Part shown: piece after piece, positions 19,557 to 27,579 of the stretch | Position numbering within the stretch: position 1 is the stretch's first letter | How the letters are laid out: each line of letters begins with the position of its first letter | Origin: Candidatus Parvarchaeota archaeon | Lineage (GTDB): Archaea > Nanobdellota > Nanobdellia > JAFCGN01 | Length of the DNA: 64,000 bases | NCBI GenBank assembly: GCA_017609105.1 | Contig: JAFCEQ010000001.1 | Location: 47,407 to 111,406 of the forward strand | Direction: 5' to 3' | Notes under the pieces: model-generated | The model's input: only the letters and a program-made list of their open reading frames with translations | The model's database searches: none | Told to the model about the DNA's origin: nothing | Program-made: the position numbers and the translations under genes

Positions 19557-19820
19557 TTATTTTTTCAACCTTTCTTCTGGCCTTCCGAATATGTCTTCTC
19601 CTTTCACAATTGTTTCTTTTTTGTTGCCAAATTTTATTTTAAATTTATTTCCTTTTTTTAGTATTTTTTTTTCTTTTCCTTTTGTTTCAATGATTATGAG
19701 ATTTTTTGTTTCATTAATTATTCTTCCTTGTGTTTCATTCAAATCCTTGTTTTTTGAAATCACTTCTACTTTTAATCCGATTAGTTCGTGTTTTCTAATG
19801 TTTTTTTCATTTCTTGGCAT
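19557..19820 (-). CDS. rnp1: RNase P protein component 1 (Rpp29/Pop4)
   Basis: 87 aa with HELIGLKVEVISKNKDLNETQGRIINETKNLIIIET, matching the Rpp29 Sm-like barrel pattern. It sits in the conserved rpl29-sui1-rnp1-rps17 order. Confidence 0.6.
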   Translation of the reverse strand: MPRNEKNIRKHELIGLKVEVISKNKDLNETQGRIINETKNLIIIETKGKEKKILKKGNKFKIKFGNKKETIVKGEDIFGRPEERLKK

Positions 19821-19826
19821 ATGCTT

Positions 19827-20153
19827 TCACTTTTCTTCTATGGATGATTCTGTGAATCCGTATTTAATGAGTTCTTTTTTTACTTCTGTTTTGTGCTCGC
19901 CTTGAAGTATGATTGAGTCTTTTTTTGCTGAACCACCGCAAGCAAATTTTTGCTTGAGTTTTTTTGCTAAATCCTTGATATCTATTTGTTTTGTGTCAAT
20001 CCCGCTTATTTCTGTTACAAGTTTGCCGTATCTTTTTTTTGCTGTTCTTATCACAATTTTTTGCTGTTCTTTTGCTAATGTCTCGCATACGCAAAGTTCT
20101 TTTGGTAACCCGCATTTTGAACAAATTCCTGTTTTTTCATTACCTTCGCTCAT
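19827..20153 (-). CDS. Translation initiation factor SUI1/eIF1 (YciH)
   Basis: CGGSAKKDSIILQGEHKTEVKKELIKYGF is the SUI1 core. An N-terminal CSKCGLPKELCVC Zn-ribbon is present. Confidence 0.8.
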   Translation of the reverse strand: MSEGNEKTGICSKCGLPKELCVCETLAKEQQKIVIRTAKKRYGKLVTEISGIDTKQIDIKDLAKKLKQKFACGGSAKKDSIILQGEHKTEVKKELIKYGFTESSIEEK

Positions 20154-20157
20154 TCTT

Positions 20158-20370
20158 TTAATTTACACCTCTTTTCGTTTTTTCTCTTAATTTTGTTAAT
20201 ATTCTTGCTATTGTTTTTTTTATTTCTTTTACTTGTCCAGGATTATCTGGATTTGCTTTATTAGCTATTTGAGCATTAATCTTAATTAAATCTCTTCTAA
20301 GCTGAGCTAATTTTTTTTCAAGCTCTTTTCTTCCCATTTCATTAAGTTCTTTTTTTCTTATTATTGCCAT
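20158..20370 (-). CDS. rpl29: 50S ribosomal protein uL29
   Basis: KELNEMGRKELEKKLAQLRRDLIKINAQIA. Confidence 0.8.
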   Translation of the reverse strand: MAIIRKKELNEMGRKELEKKLAQLRRDLIKINAQIANKANPDNPGQVKEIKKTIARILTKLREKTKRGVN

Positions 20371-20398
20371 TTCTTATCCCTTTAATTCAATTTTTTTC

Positions 20399-21250
20399 TT
20401 ATTCTGCCTTGTTTGGCTCTTTCTCTTTGCCTTGTTTTTCCTTGTTTTGTTCTTTTTTTGGTTGTGCGTGTTCTTTCTGACTTTCTTTTTCGTTTTTTTC
20501 CTTTTTTTTCTTAACTTCTTCTTTTTTAGTTTCTTCTACTTTCGTTTCTTCTGTTTTAGCTTCCTCTGTTTTTGCTTCTTCCACTTTTGCTTCTTCTGTT
20601 GTAGTTTCCTCTGTTTTTGCTTCTTCTACTTTCTTTTTTATTTCACTAACTTCTTCTAATGTGTAAGTAATATCATCAGGCATTTTCAAAGCAGGCGGAA
20701 GTATTTTCACTGTAACGCCAACCACTCCGATTTTTAGTTTTGCTTCTTTAAACCCTATTTCCACGAGTTCATCGCTTGGTTCTCCGCATTTCGGAAGGAA
20801 TCCTTTGTAAAACCTCCAATACCTTGCTCTTTTTCCAGGCACTTTTCCTGAAATCTTTATTTCAACGCCTTGCGCTCCTGCTTTCATTACTTCTGCAATG
20901 CTTCTGTGCCCTATTGATTTGAATCTTCCTACGCCAAAGTGTGTTAATTGATTTGCTATTTTTTCAGCAACGATTTGAGCATCTAAATAAGGTTCAGTAA
21001 TTTCTCTTACTTCTACTTGCGGTGAGTCAAGTTTGAATTTTTTTGTAAGAGTTTCAGTAATATTTCTTATATTTTCACCGCCCCTGCCAACAATAAGTCC
21101 TGGCTTGCTAGTGTAAATAACAACTTTAACACCCACAGGTGTTTTCACTATTTCTACTCTGCTGAATTCTGTTTTTTCTAAATTATTCTCAAACCATTCT
21201 TTAATTATTTGTTCTCTAATTCTTTGTTGAATGAATTTTTTTTCAATCAT
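20399..21250 (-). CDS. rps3: 30S ribosomal protein uS3 with a ~70-aa E/K/T-rich C-terminal tail
   Basis: KH domain VVIYTSKPGLIVGRGGENIRNITETL and C-terminal GVEIKISGKVPGKRARYWRF match uS3. Tail is TEETTTEEAKVEEAKTEEAK... Confidence 0.9.
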   Translation of the reverse strand: MIEKKFIQQRIREQIIKEWFENNLEKTEFSRVEIVKTPVGVKVVIYTSKPGLIVGRGGENIRNITETLTKKFKLDSPQVEVREITEPYLDAQIVAEKIANQLTHFGVGRFKSIGHRSIAEVMKAGAQGVEIKISGKVPGKRARYWRFYKGFLPKCGEPSDELVEIGFKEAKLKIGVVGVTVKILPPALKMPDDITYTLEEVSEIKKKVEEAKTEETTTEEAKVEEAKTEEAKTEETKVEETKKEEVKKKKEKNEKESQKEHAQPKKEQNKEKQGKEKEPNKAE

Positions 21251-21756
21251 TTTTCATTCTCTCCTTCTTGTTTTTTTTCCTCTTCCTTTTTTGCTTTTTT
21301 TGCTTTGCTTTCTGCTTTTTCTTTTGTTTTTTCTTTTTTCTTTAATACTGCTCCTTTTTTTGGAACACCAATTATTTCAATATGAGTTGATTTTCCTAAT
21401 CTTCTTGTTGCCATTTTTTCTTTGCTTACTGCTCTGTTCACAATAACTTTTGATATCATAATGTCTTCTTCATCAAAATACATGTTTGTTGCGTTCGCAA
21501 TCAAATTCTTCAAAACCTTGATTATTTCTTTTGATGCTTTCACAGGATATCTGCCTGCACTTATTCCTCTTTTATGCCCCATGTCCTTATTGAATTTCAT
21601 GAATTTAATTGGTTTCTTTAATATAGAAACTTCTTCTAATAATTGAATTGCTTTTTTAACATTCATTCCTTTTATGTTCCTACCTATCATTACGCTTTGC
21701 TTAAAGCTTATTGGCAAGTACGTGCCTTTTGCTTTTATTTCATTTTTTTCCTTCAT
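21247..21756 (-). CDS. rpl22: 50S ribosomal protein uL22 with a K/E tail
   Basis: KGTYLPISFKQSVMIGRNIKGMNVKKAIQLLEEV. Confidence 0.85.
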   Translation of the reverse strand: MKEKNEIKAKGTYLPISFKQSVMIGRNIKGMNVKKAIQLLEEVSILKKPIKFMKFNKDMGHKRGISAGRYPVKASKEIIKVLKNLIANATNMYFDEEDIMISKVIVNRAVSKEKMATRRLGKSTHIEIIGVPKKGAVLKKKEKTKEKAESKAKKAKKEEEKKQEGENEK

Positions 21757-21768
21757 TATTCATCACTT

Positions 21769-22161
21769 TTACTTTATTGGAACGAATTTGGAACTTCTTG
21801 ATGCTCCTACTCCTGGCGAACTATGCTTAACAACTTTTCTTGTGTGAGCAAATTCTCCTAAATAGTGTCCGAGCATTTCAGGAATAATATTTACTTTTAC
21901 AAATTCCTTACCATTATGAACTTCTATTGTTAAACCAAGCATTTTTGGAACAATAATCATATCCCTAACATGAGTTCTGATTTTCTTAATTTTTCCTTCT
22001 TTTGCTTTCTGCACTTTTTTCATCAAAATTTTTTGTTGTTCAGTAAGCCCTCTTTTTAAACTTCTTTTCTGTCTTGCATTAAGTAACTCTGCGAATTCTT
22101 TTAAATCCATTTTCTCTAATTCTTCAATTGTTTTTCCCCTTAATTTGAATTCTTTGCTCAT
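21769..22161 (-). CDS. rps19: 30S ribosomal protein uS19
   Basis: [46 protein letters not shown]. Confidence 0.9.
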   Translation of the reverse strand: MSKEFKLRGKTIEELEKMDLKEFAELLNARQKRSLKRGLTEQQKILMKKVQKAKEGKIKKIRTHVRDMIIVPKMLGLTIEVHNGKEFVKVNIIPEMLGHYLGEFAHTRKVVKHSSPGVGASRSSKFVPIK

Positions 22162-22172
22162 TATCTCACCTT

Positions 22173-22889
22173 TTATTTCTTCTTCTTCCCAGTTCTTTTT
22201 GCTGCTATGCTTCCAACTCTTGCACCTCTAGGCGCTCTTCTTGAAGTTGTGAAACGTTTTCCTGGTCTTCCAGTACCGCCTCCTAATGGGTGGTCTATTG
22301 CGTTCATTGCTGTTGCACTAACTCTTGGCCACACTTTTGAACGAACTCTCATAGCATAATGCTTTTTTCCTGCTTTAACAAATGGTTTTTCTTTTCTGCC
22401 ACCGCCAGCGACTTTTCCTATAATTGCTCGGCAGCGAGGATTAAAAACCACAGTTTTCTTGCTTGGAAGAGAAACAATGACTTTGTCTTTCTCTTTTGTT
22501 ATAATCTTTGCTGAACTGCCTGAAGAACGAACTAATTTTCCTTTATCTCCAGGTTTTTTTTCAATATTAAATATGTTTGTTCCTTCAGGTATTGACGATA
22601 AAGGAAGAATATTTCCAACTTGAATTGGCGCGCTTAATCCTTCTGAAATCACTTGTCCTTCATAAACACCTTCTGGAGCAGGAAGAAGTGCTTCTGAATT
22701 ATCCTCATATTTTATTTTTATTAAAGGTGCTGTTCTGCCTCTATCATGCAATATTTCTACAATTCTGCCTGTTATAAGATCTTTAGGTTCTCTTGCAACA
22801 AAACCTGCTTCTCCTGCAAATCTGTGAGACTTAGCAGTATATTTTGGTTTTCCTTTTCCTCTTCTTTGCATTTTTGTTCTTCTTGGCAT
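22173..22889 (-). CDS. rpl2: 50S ribosomal protein uL2
   Basis: [14 protein letters not shown]...SGSSAKII...[17 protein letters not shown]. Confidence 0.9.
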   Translation of the reverse strand: MPRRTKMQRRGKGKPKYTAKSHRFAGEAGFVAREPKDLITGRIVEILHDRGRTAPLIKIKYEDNSEALLPAPEGVYEGQVISEGLSAPIQVGNILPLSSIPEGTNIFNIEKKPGDKGKLVRSSGSSAKIITKEKDKVIVSLPSKKTVVFNPRCRAIIGKVAGGGRKEKPFVKAGKKHYAMRVRSKVWPRVSATAMNAIDHPLGGGTGRPGKRFTTSRRAPRGARVGSIAAKRTGKKKK

Positions 22890-22894
22890 TTTAT

Positions 22895-23152
22895 TTACAC
22901 CATTCCTAATTCAGTTGCAACATCTAAAGCATTTGAATCTTTTCCTAAAACAACATATGCTTTCTTTTTTTTACCTTCATTTACTATTCTTACTTTTTCA
23001 ACATTTACTTTGAAAAGTTTTTCAACTGCTTTTTTTATTTGATTCTTATTTGATTTTTCATTAACTATGAATGTTATTGTATTATTTGATTCCATTAATC
23101 TAACTGCTTTTTCAGTGCTAACAGGGTTCTTAATAATTTCTTCTGCGTTCAT
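22895..23152 (-). CDS. rpl23: 50S ribosomal protein uL23
   Basis: IKNPVSTEKAVRLMESNNTITFIVNEKSNKNQIKKAVEKLF. Confidence 0.85.
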   Translation of the reverse strand: MNAEEIIKNPVSTEKAVRLMESNNTITFIVNEKSNKNQIKKAVEKLFKVNVEKVRIVNEGKKKKAYVVLGKDSNALDVATELGMV

Positions 23153-24033
23153 TTCTTCTCACCTTTTTTTATTTTCTTTTCTTTTGTTTCTGCTTTCTTT
23201 TCTTGTTTTTCTTCTTTTTTTTCTAATTTCTTATTTTCTTCTAAATACAATTTTTTTTCTTTTAATTCCTTGATAGCGCTTTCAGTGAATAAGCATAAAC
23301 GCCCTGGCATTGTTCCTGGTGCTAAGAGTTCAGCGCTTAATCTATTAACACTTCTTACTTGAACTCCAGGAATATTTCTTCCTGCTTTGCTTAGCTTGCA
23401 TGACTTGCTCACTACAATAAGAGGCCCGATTTTTTTCTTATATTTTCTTCCTCTCATTTTTCCTTTTCCTGCTCTTATCTTTTTTTCAGAACATCTTTCT
23501 AATTCTTTTTCAAGCCCTAATTTCAAAAGCGCTTCCTTAACTTCTTTTGTTTTGCTTAAGGATTCAAAAGAATCATTTATGATTAAAGGAGTTTCACCAT
23601 CATATTTGTGTCCTCTTCTTGTAACAATTTCTTTTTTAGCGCATGCTGAGAGAGCGCTTCTGATTGCAAATAATCTTTCTTTCTTGTTTATTTTCTTAAC
23701 AATAATTTTTCTTGTTTCAGGTGGGTGCGCGACTCTTCCTCCTTTTGTCATAGGTGCTGTTGCTCCTTCATACCCGAATTGCATTCCTCTTCTCCACATA
23801 ACTTTGCTTGGTGTTCTTGATTTTCCTCTTCCATAAGTGCCTCTGTATTTTCTTCTTCTCTTGCTTAAGAAACTGCTTTTTCTTAAACCTGCTAATAAAT
23901 TAGTGCCGTAAGGAGTTAATTTCTTTGATTGCGAAGCTATAACTGCTTTTTTTATTATGTCTTGTCTTATTTCTTCCTTAAATTGTTCTGGAAGTTCAAT
24001 TGTTTTTGAAGTGCCTTGTATTTTTCTTTTCAT
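23149..24033 (-). CDS. rpl4: 50S ribosomal protein uL4 with a K/E tail
   Basis: Long globular uL4 core (SKTKEVKEALLKLGL...RAGKGKMRGRKYKK) followed by KLEKKEEKQEKK. Confidence 0.85.
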   Translation of the reverse strand: MKRKIQGTSKTIELPEQFKEEIRQDIIKKAVIASQSKKLTPYGTNLLAGLRKSSFLSKRRRKYRGTYGRGKSRTPSKVMWRRGMQFGYEGATAPMTKGGRVAHPPETRKIIVKKINKKERLFAIRSALSACAKKEIVTRRGHKYDGETPLIINDSFESLSKTKEVKEALLKLGLEKELERCSEKKIRAGKGKMRGRKYKKKIGPLIVVSKSCKLSKAGRNIPGVQVRSVNRLSAELLAPGTMPGRLCLFTESAIKELKEKKLYLEENKKLEKKEEKQEKKAETKEKKIKKGEKK

Positions 24034-24042
24034 ATTAAATCA

Positions 24043-25032
24043 CTACTGCTTGCTCTTTCTTGATATTTCAATTAATGATACATTTAATAATTTCCCGCTT
24101 GTTCTCTTGCCTGTTCTTAATTTAATTAATCTCTTAACAGGCCCTGGAACGCTTCCTTTAAGAAGCAAGTAATCATTTTTGACAAAACCATATTTTAAAA
24201 ATCCTCCTTCAGGATTTACTTCTTCTGGTTTATCTCCAATTTTAAGTATTACTTTATTATGTTCTGTTCTTGCAAAATAACCTAATTGCCCGTGCTGTGG
24301 GGTTCTATAAGATGTTTTAGCAGGATGCCATGAACCAAGAGAACCAACTTTTCTTCTGTTTTTTTCAGCCTTGTTTTGAAGAAGCTTAACATGAAATCTT
24401 TTTACACTGCCTTGGAATCCTTTTCCTTTTGTGATTGATGCTACATCAATTTCTTCTTTTTCTTCAAAAACATCAGAAACTCTTAATTCTTTTCCAAGAT
24501 TCTCTTTTGCATATTCAATTTTTTCATTAATGCTTCCGCCAAGCCCGATTTCAATTAATTCAGGCTTCTTCTTAAAACCTATTTTATTAGGTTGTGTTAA
24601 ACCATATAATGTTAAATCATGAATTTTATCTTTGTTTTCTTCAATAATTTTGTTCAAATCCTTATCTTTCTTTATTGGACTTAATAATCTTTTAAAGAAA
24701 TTATCTTCATTTTTCATTAAGTATTGAGTTAAAACTTTTATTCCTACAGGCGTTTTCTCATAAAATCTTATGCCAACAATTTTAATAGGAGGGCATTCAA
24801 TTACTGTTACTGGAATGCTTATTTCTTTTTTTCTTGTTGAACTTATTTTTCTATTATCATAAGCAATAACATGAGTCATTCCTGACTTATACCCTGCAAA
24901 AAGCAATGGTTTGACTTCACTAATTTCTGGAAATTTTCTTATTCTTGCTGTTGTTCTCTTGCTTCTTTTATGAGGCCAAAACTGCAAGCTACCTCTATGT
25001 GGTCTCTTTCTTCTGCTTATTTTATGTCCCAT
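24043..25032 (-). CDS. rpl3: 50S ribosomal protein uL3
   Basis: MGHKISRRKRPHRGSLQFWPHKRS...AGYKSGMTHV is the uL3 N-terminus, and it is the first gene of the operon. Confidence 0.9.
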   Translation of the reverse strand: MGHKISRRKRPHRGSLQFWPHKRSKRTTARIRKFPEISEVKPLLFAGYKSGMTHVIAYDNRKISSTRKKEISIPVTVIECPPIKIVGIRFYEKTPVGIKVLTQYLMKNEDNFFKRLLSPIKKDKDLNKIIEENKDKIHDLTLYGLTQPNKIGFKKKPELIEIGLGGSINEKIEYAKENLGKELRVSDVFEEKEEIDVASITKGKGFQGSVKRFHVKLLQNKAEKNRRKVGSLGSWHPAKTSYRTPQHGQLGYFARTEHNKVILKIGDKPEEVNPEGGFLKYGFVKNDYLLLKGSVPGPVKRLIKLRTGKRTSGKLLNVSLIEISRKSKQ

Positions 25033-25059
25033 TTTTTTCGCCTTTTTTTTAACTTAAAT

Positions 25060-25110
25060 TTTAATCATTAATTTCTTTTTAAATCTTATTATATTTTTTT
25101 ATTGCTTACT
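25060..25110 (-). promoter_or_regulatory. Candidate archaeal promoter (A/T-rich TATA-like TTTAAAAAG in gene orientation) for the rpl3 operon
   Basis: The plus-strand motif ctttttaaatcttatta resembles the cttttttaaagattacta element found upstream of tuf and the Cas4-like gene. A 284-nt AT-rich intergenic region precedes the first operon gene. Confidence 0.3.
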
Positions 25111-25316
25111 TTTTATTTCTTTTTAAACCTAACTGGCATTAAAAACACGTAGAATTTTTGATTACGAAACCTTCATTTACTTCCTAAAATTAATTAGTTT
25201 ATAAATATTGCTCTTTATTTTTAACAAAAATAAGCATGCATTAATTTGAAAAATAAGTTTATTGAAAAATAAGTTTAAAAGAAATTTATTTAATAAAAGA
25301 ATTTTAACAATTAATT

Positions 25317-25853
25317 ATGAAAAAAGATTCAAATAATAATTTAGAAGAAATGCTTAGTGAATTTTATCCAGAATTAGATAATAAAACAAAAGATAATATT
25401 CAATATTTTTGTGCAATTGGGGAATTCAAAATTTATGATCCTAAAAAATTCTTTAAATATTATAAAAAGGATTATAACTTATTTTTTTCAGAAACAATTG
25501 TTAGATTAAATGATTTAACTAATTTGCTTTACCCATTTTTTGAGTTTGAAAATTTTATTCAAAAAAAAAGTGAAGAAAAAAAATTGTATGTAGATGTTTT
25601 TTATAAAAAAGGCACAAAAACAATAAAGTATTTAACAAATCTTCTTCAAGCAGTTATTGTTGCAAGTAAGATTTCTTCTCCAGAAAATATTCTTGCTTTT
25701 GGCTCATATGATAGCAATGAAGTTAAAGTAATTGAAATTGAAAGATTTTCAGATAAAACAAGACAAGAAATTGAAATGTTAGCTCAATTTCATAAAAAAC
25801 CATTTTTATTTCAAAACAATAAATCAAAATATGATTATGAGGGTTTTGTTTAA
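25317..25853 (+). CDS. Hypothetical protein
   Basis: 178-aa ORF with no motifs. A 17-nt tandem direct repeat (ttgaaaaataagttta x2) lies ~45 nt upstream. Confidence 0.35.
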   Translation: MKKDSNNNLEEMLSEFYPELDNKTKDNIQYFCAIGEFKIYDPKKFFKYYKKDYNLFFSETIVRLNDLTNLLYPFFEFENFIQKKSEEKKLYVDVFYKKGTKTIKYLTNLLQAVIVASKISSPENILAFGSYDSNEVKVIEIERFSDKTRQEIEMLAQFHKKPFLFQNNKSKYDYEGFV

Positions 25854-25877
25854 AAAAATTTTTTTAAGCAGAATAAA

Positions 25878-27419
25878 TCAAATTTTTTCTTTAAGAAGGG
25901 CTTCAATAGAATACCTATTCTCTCTTGTTATTTTTTCAGGATTTGTTACATGAAGAAAGGTTATTTTTTCTTCATCAAATCCTATCCTATTTCTTTCCTC
26001 ATCTATTTTTACTACTTTCTTCCATCTTCTCATATCTTCTTTTATTTCTTTTAATTCAATGTTTAAGTCTTTCAATATTTTTCTGAATTCTTTTCTAAAG
26101 TTTTTAAAATTTTCAGGAAGTTTATTATCTTCTTTTCTTATCCTATAAGCAGTAATTTCTTTTTTATTAGGAGGTTTAACTTTTACTTCTTCTAATAACC
26201 CTGCTTTTTTTGCAACGAGCAAGTGCAAATTAATTGAATTTTTTGAAGCATGCATAAATGTTTGTAGATAATTCTTTGTTTTGAATGATTTATGTCTTAA
26301 AATATCTGTTAAAAAATAAAATCTAAGCAATGAAGAATTATTACTGAATTCTTGATTATATTCAAAAGATGACATAAAATATTTGTATTCTTCTTCATTC
26401 ATTACTTGAGAAGCAAGTTCACTTAATGGTGGAATAAAGAATTTCACAGCTTCAAAATTATAATTTTTTTCTTTTAAAACAGCGGATTTGCTGAGAATTG
26501 CTTCAATTCCTACTGTTCTTATCTCACCAATTCTTCTGAAACCTCCTTTCGGGTCTCTTGTTAAAACTTTTCTCCCCCTATTAATTAATGAGTACACACT
26601 CATTGGATCGCAGAAATCATTTATTAAACAAGAATTACAAGCATTTTTATCATAAATATCTAAAAAAGTTGGCTTGTTTTTTTTTAATTCTAAAAGCTCG
26701 GAATGCGTTTTTCTAACTTTCTCTTCAAGAAGTTCTTCTCTTCCAAACCTTTGTATTTTAATTCCAGAACTCTCCTTATTAAATAAAAAGTTAATTAAAA
26801 GTCCTTCATCAGACGGAAGATTATATTCTTCTTCGCAAAGAATATTATATAATAAAAGTTGTAATTTAGGTTTTTCAAAATTTGTTTCATTTACTTTTAA
26901 ATCAATAGGCACTGCTTGTTTCTTGTTTTCTCCCCAAAACTCAATTTTATCAGGAACTCCTACAAGTTTTTTATTTAATCCTTTTAATCTTTCAATTCTT
27001 CCATCAAGAAGGATTGCGTCCTCAAAAACTCCTTCCACAGAGTATAAATTAAATTTCTCGTCTAATGCAGAAACATACCTAGCGTAGTTCAAAGAAGATA
27101 ATTCATTAATAAACGCGTTTATCACGTTTTCTTGCAATTCAAAAGATATGAGTTTTGGTTTTGGAATTAAAAAATTGTTTTCATATGATTCTTTGAAATC
27201 TGAAAAAAAGATTTCATCATTAAATCTTTTATGAACAAGTTGTTTATCAATCCTAATTGATTGAGAAAACAAATTATGAGCAAGAGTATCAATTTCAATT
27301 ACAGGAGTGTAAATATGCCTTCCTTTTCCTAACCAATGCCTCCAAAGCCAATAATTATAACATGTGCTGAAATCCACGAGTTCTGACACACTATTATAAT
27401 TTCTTCTGCCTTTTTTCAT
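25878..27419 (-). CDS. Cas4-like / RecB-family PD-(D/E)xK nuclease with Fe-S cysteines, fused to a ~250-aa C-terminal domain of unknown function
   Basis: N-terminal Cys in SELVDFSTCYNYWLW, motif II ILLDGRIERL, motif III VPIDLKV, QxxxY motif KLQLLLY, and three-Cys cluster CNSCLINDFC (C-x2-C-x5-C) at ~aa 260. The protein continues ~250 aa further. Confidence 0.6.
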   Translation of the reverse strand: MKKGRRNYNSVSELVDFSTCYNYWLWRHWLGKGRHIYTPVIEIDTLAHNLFSQSIRIDKQLVHKRFNDEIFFSDFKESYENNFLIPKPKLISFELQENVINAFINELSSLNYARYVSALDEKFNLYSVEGVFEDAILLDGRIERLKGLNKKLVGVPDKIEFWGENKKQAVPIDLKVNETNFEKPKLQLLLYNILCEEEYNLPSDEGLLINFLFNKESSGIKIQRFGREELLEEKVRKTHSELLELKKNKPTFLDIYDKNACNSCLINDFCDPMSVYSLINRGRKVLTRDPKGGFRRIGEIRTVGIEAILSKSAVLKEKNYNFEAVKFFIPPLSELASQVMNEEEYKYFMSSFEYNQEFSNNSSLLRFYFLTDILRHKSFKTKNYLQTFMHASKNSINLHLLVAKKAGLLEEVKVKPPNKKEITAYRIRKEDNKLPENFKNFRKEFRKILKDLNIELKEIKEDMRRWKKVVKIDEERNRIGFDEEKITFLHVTNPEKITRENRYSIEALLKEKI

Positions 27420-27447
27420 TTTAATTACAACTTATAAATTCAAAACA

Positions 27448-27471
27448 CTTTTTTTAAAGATTACTAATTAA
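27448..27471 (-). promoter_or_regulatory. Promoter-like element shared with tuf (22-nt identity ttttttaaagattactaattaa on the plus strand; TTAATTAGTAATCTTTAAAAAA in gene orientation)
   Basis: Identical 22-mer at 43537-43558 upstream of EF-1alpha. It ends in the TATA-like CTTTAAAAA ~35 nt before the Cas4-like ATG. Confidence 0.35.
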
Positions 27472-27579
27472 CAACTAAGGCCTCTTAATAATAAAAGTGT
27501 ATAATTCAATATATGTTTTATAAATCAATATTCAATGTGAATAATTGTTTAAAAAAGATGACAGGATTTTATAGTAATA

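Noticed and set aside
19446-20190. Plus-strand ORFs 19446-19661, 19495-19905 and 19909-20190
   Set aside because: They are antisense to rps17, rnp1 and sui1, and are low-complexity.
25878-27419. Cas4-like gene as evidence of a CRISPR-Cas locus
   Set aside because: No repeat array and no cas1/cas2/effector genes are in the window. It was called a solo Cas4-like/RecB-family nuclease instead.
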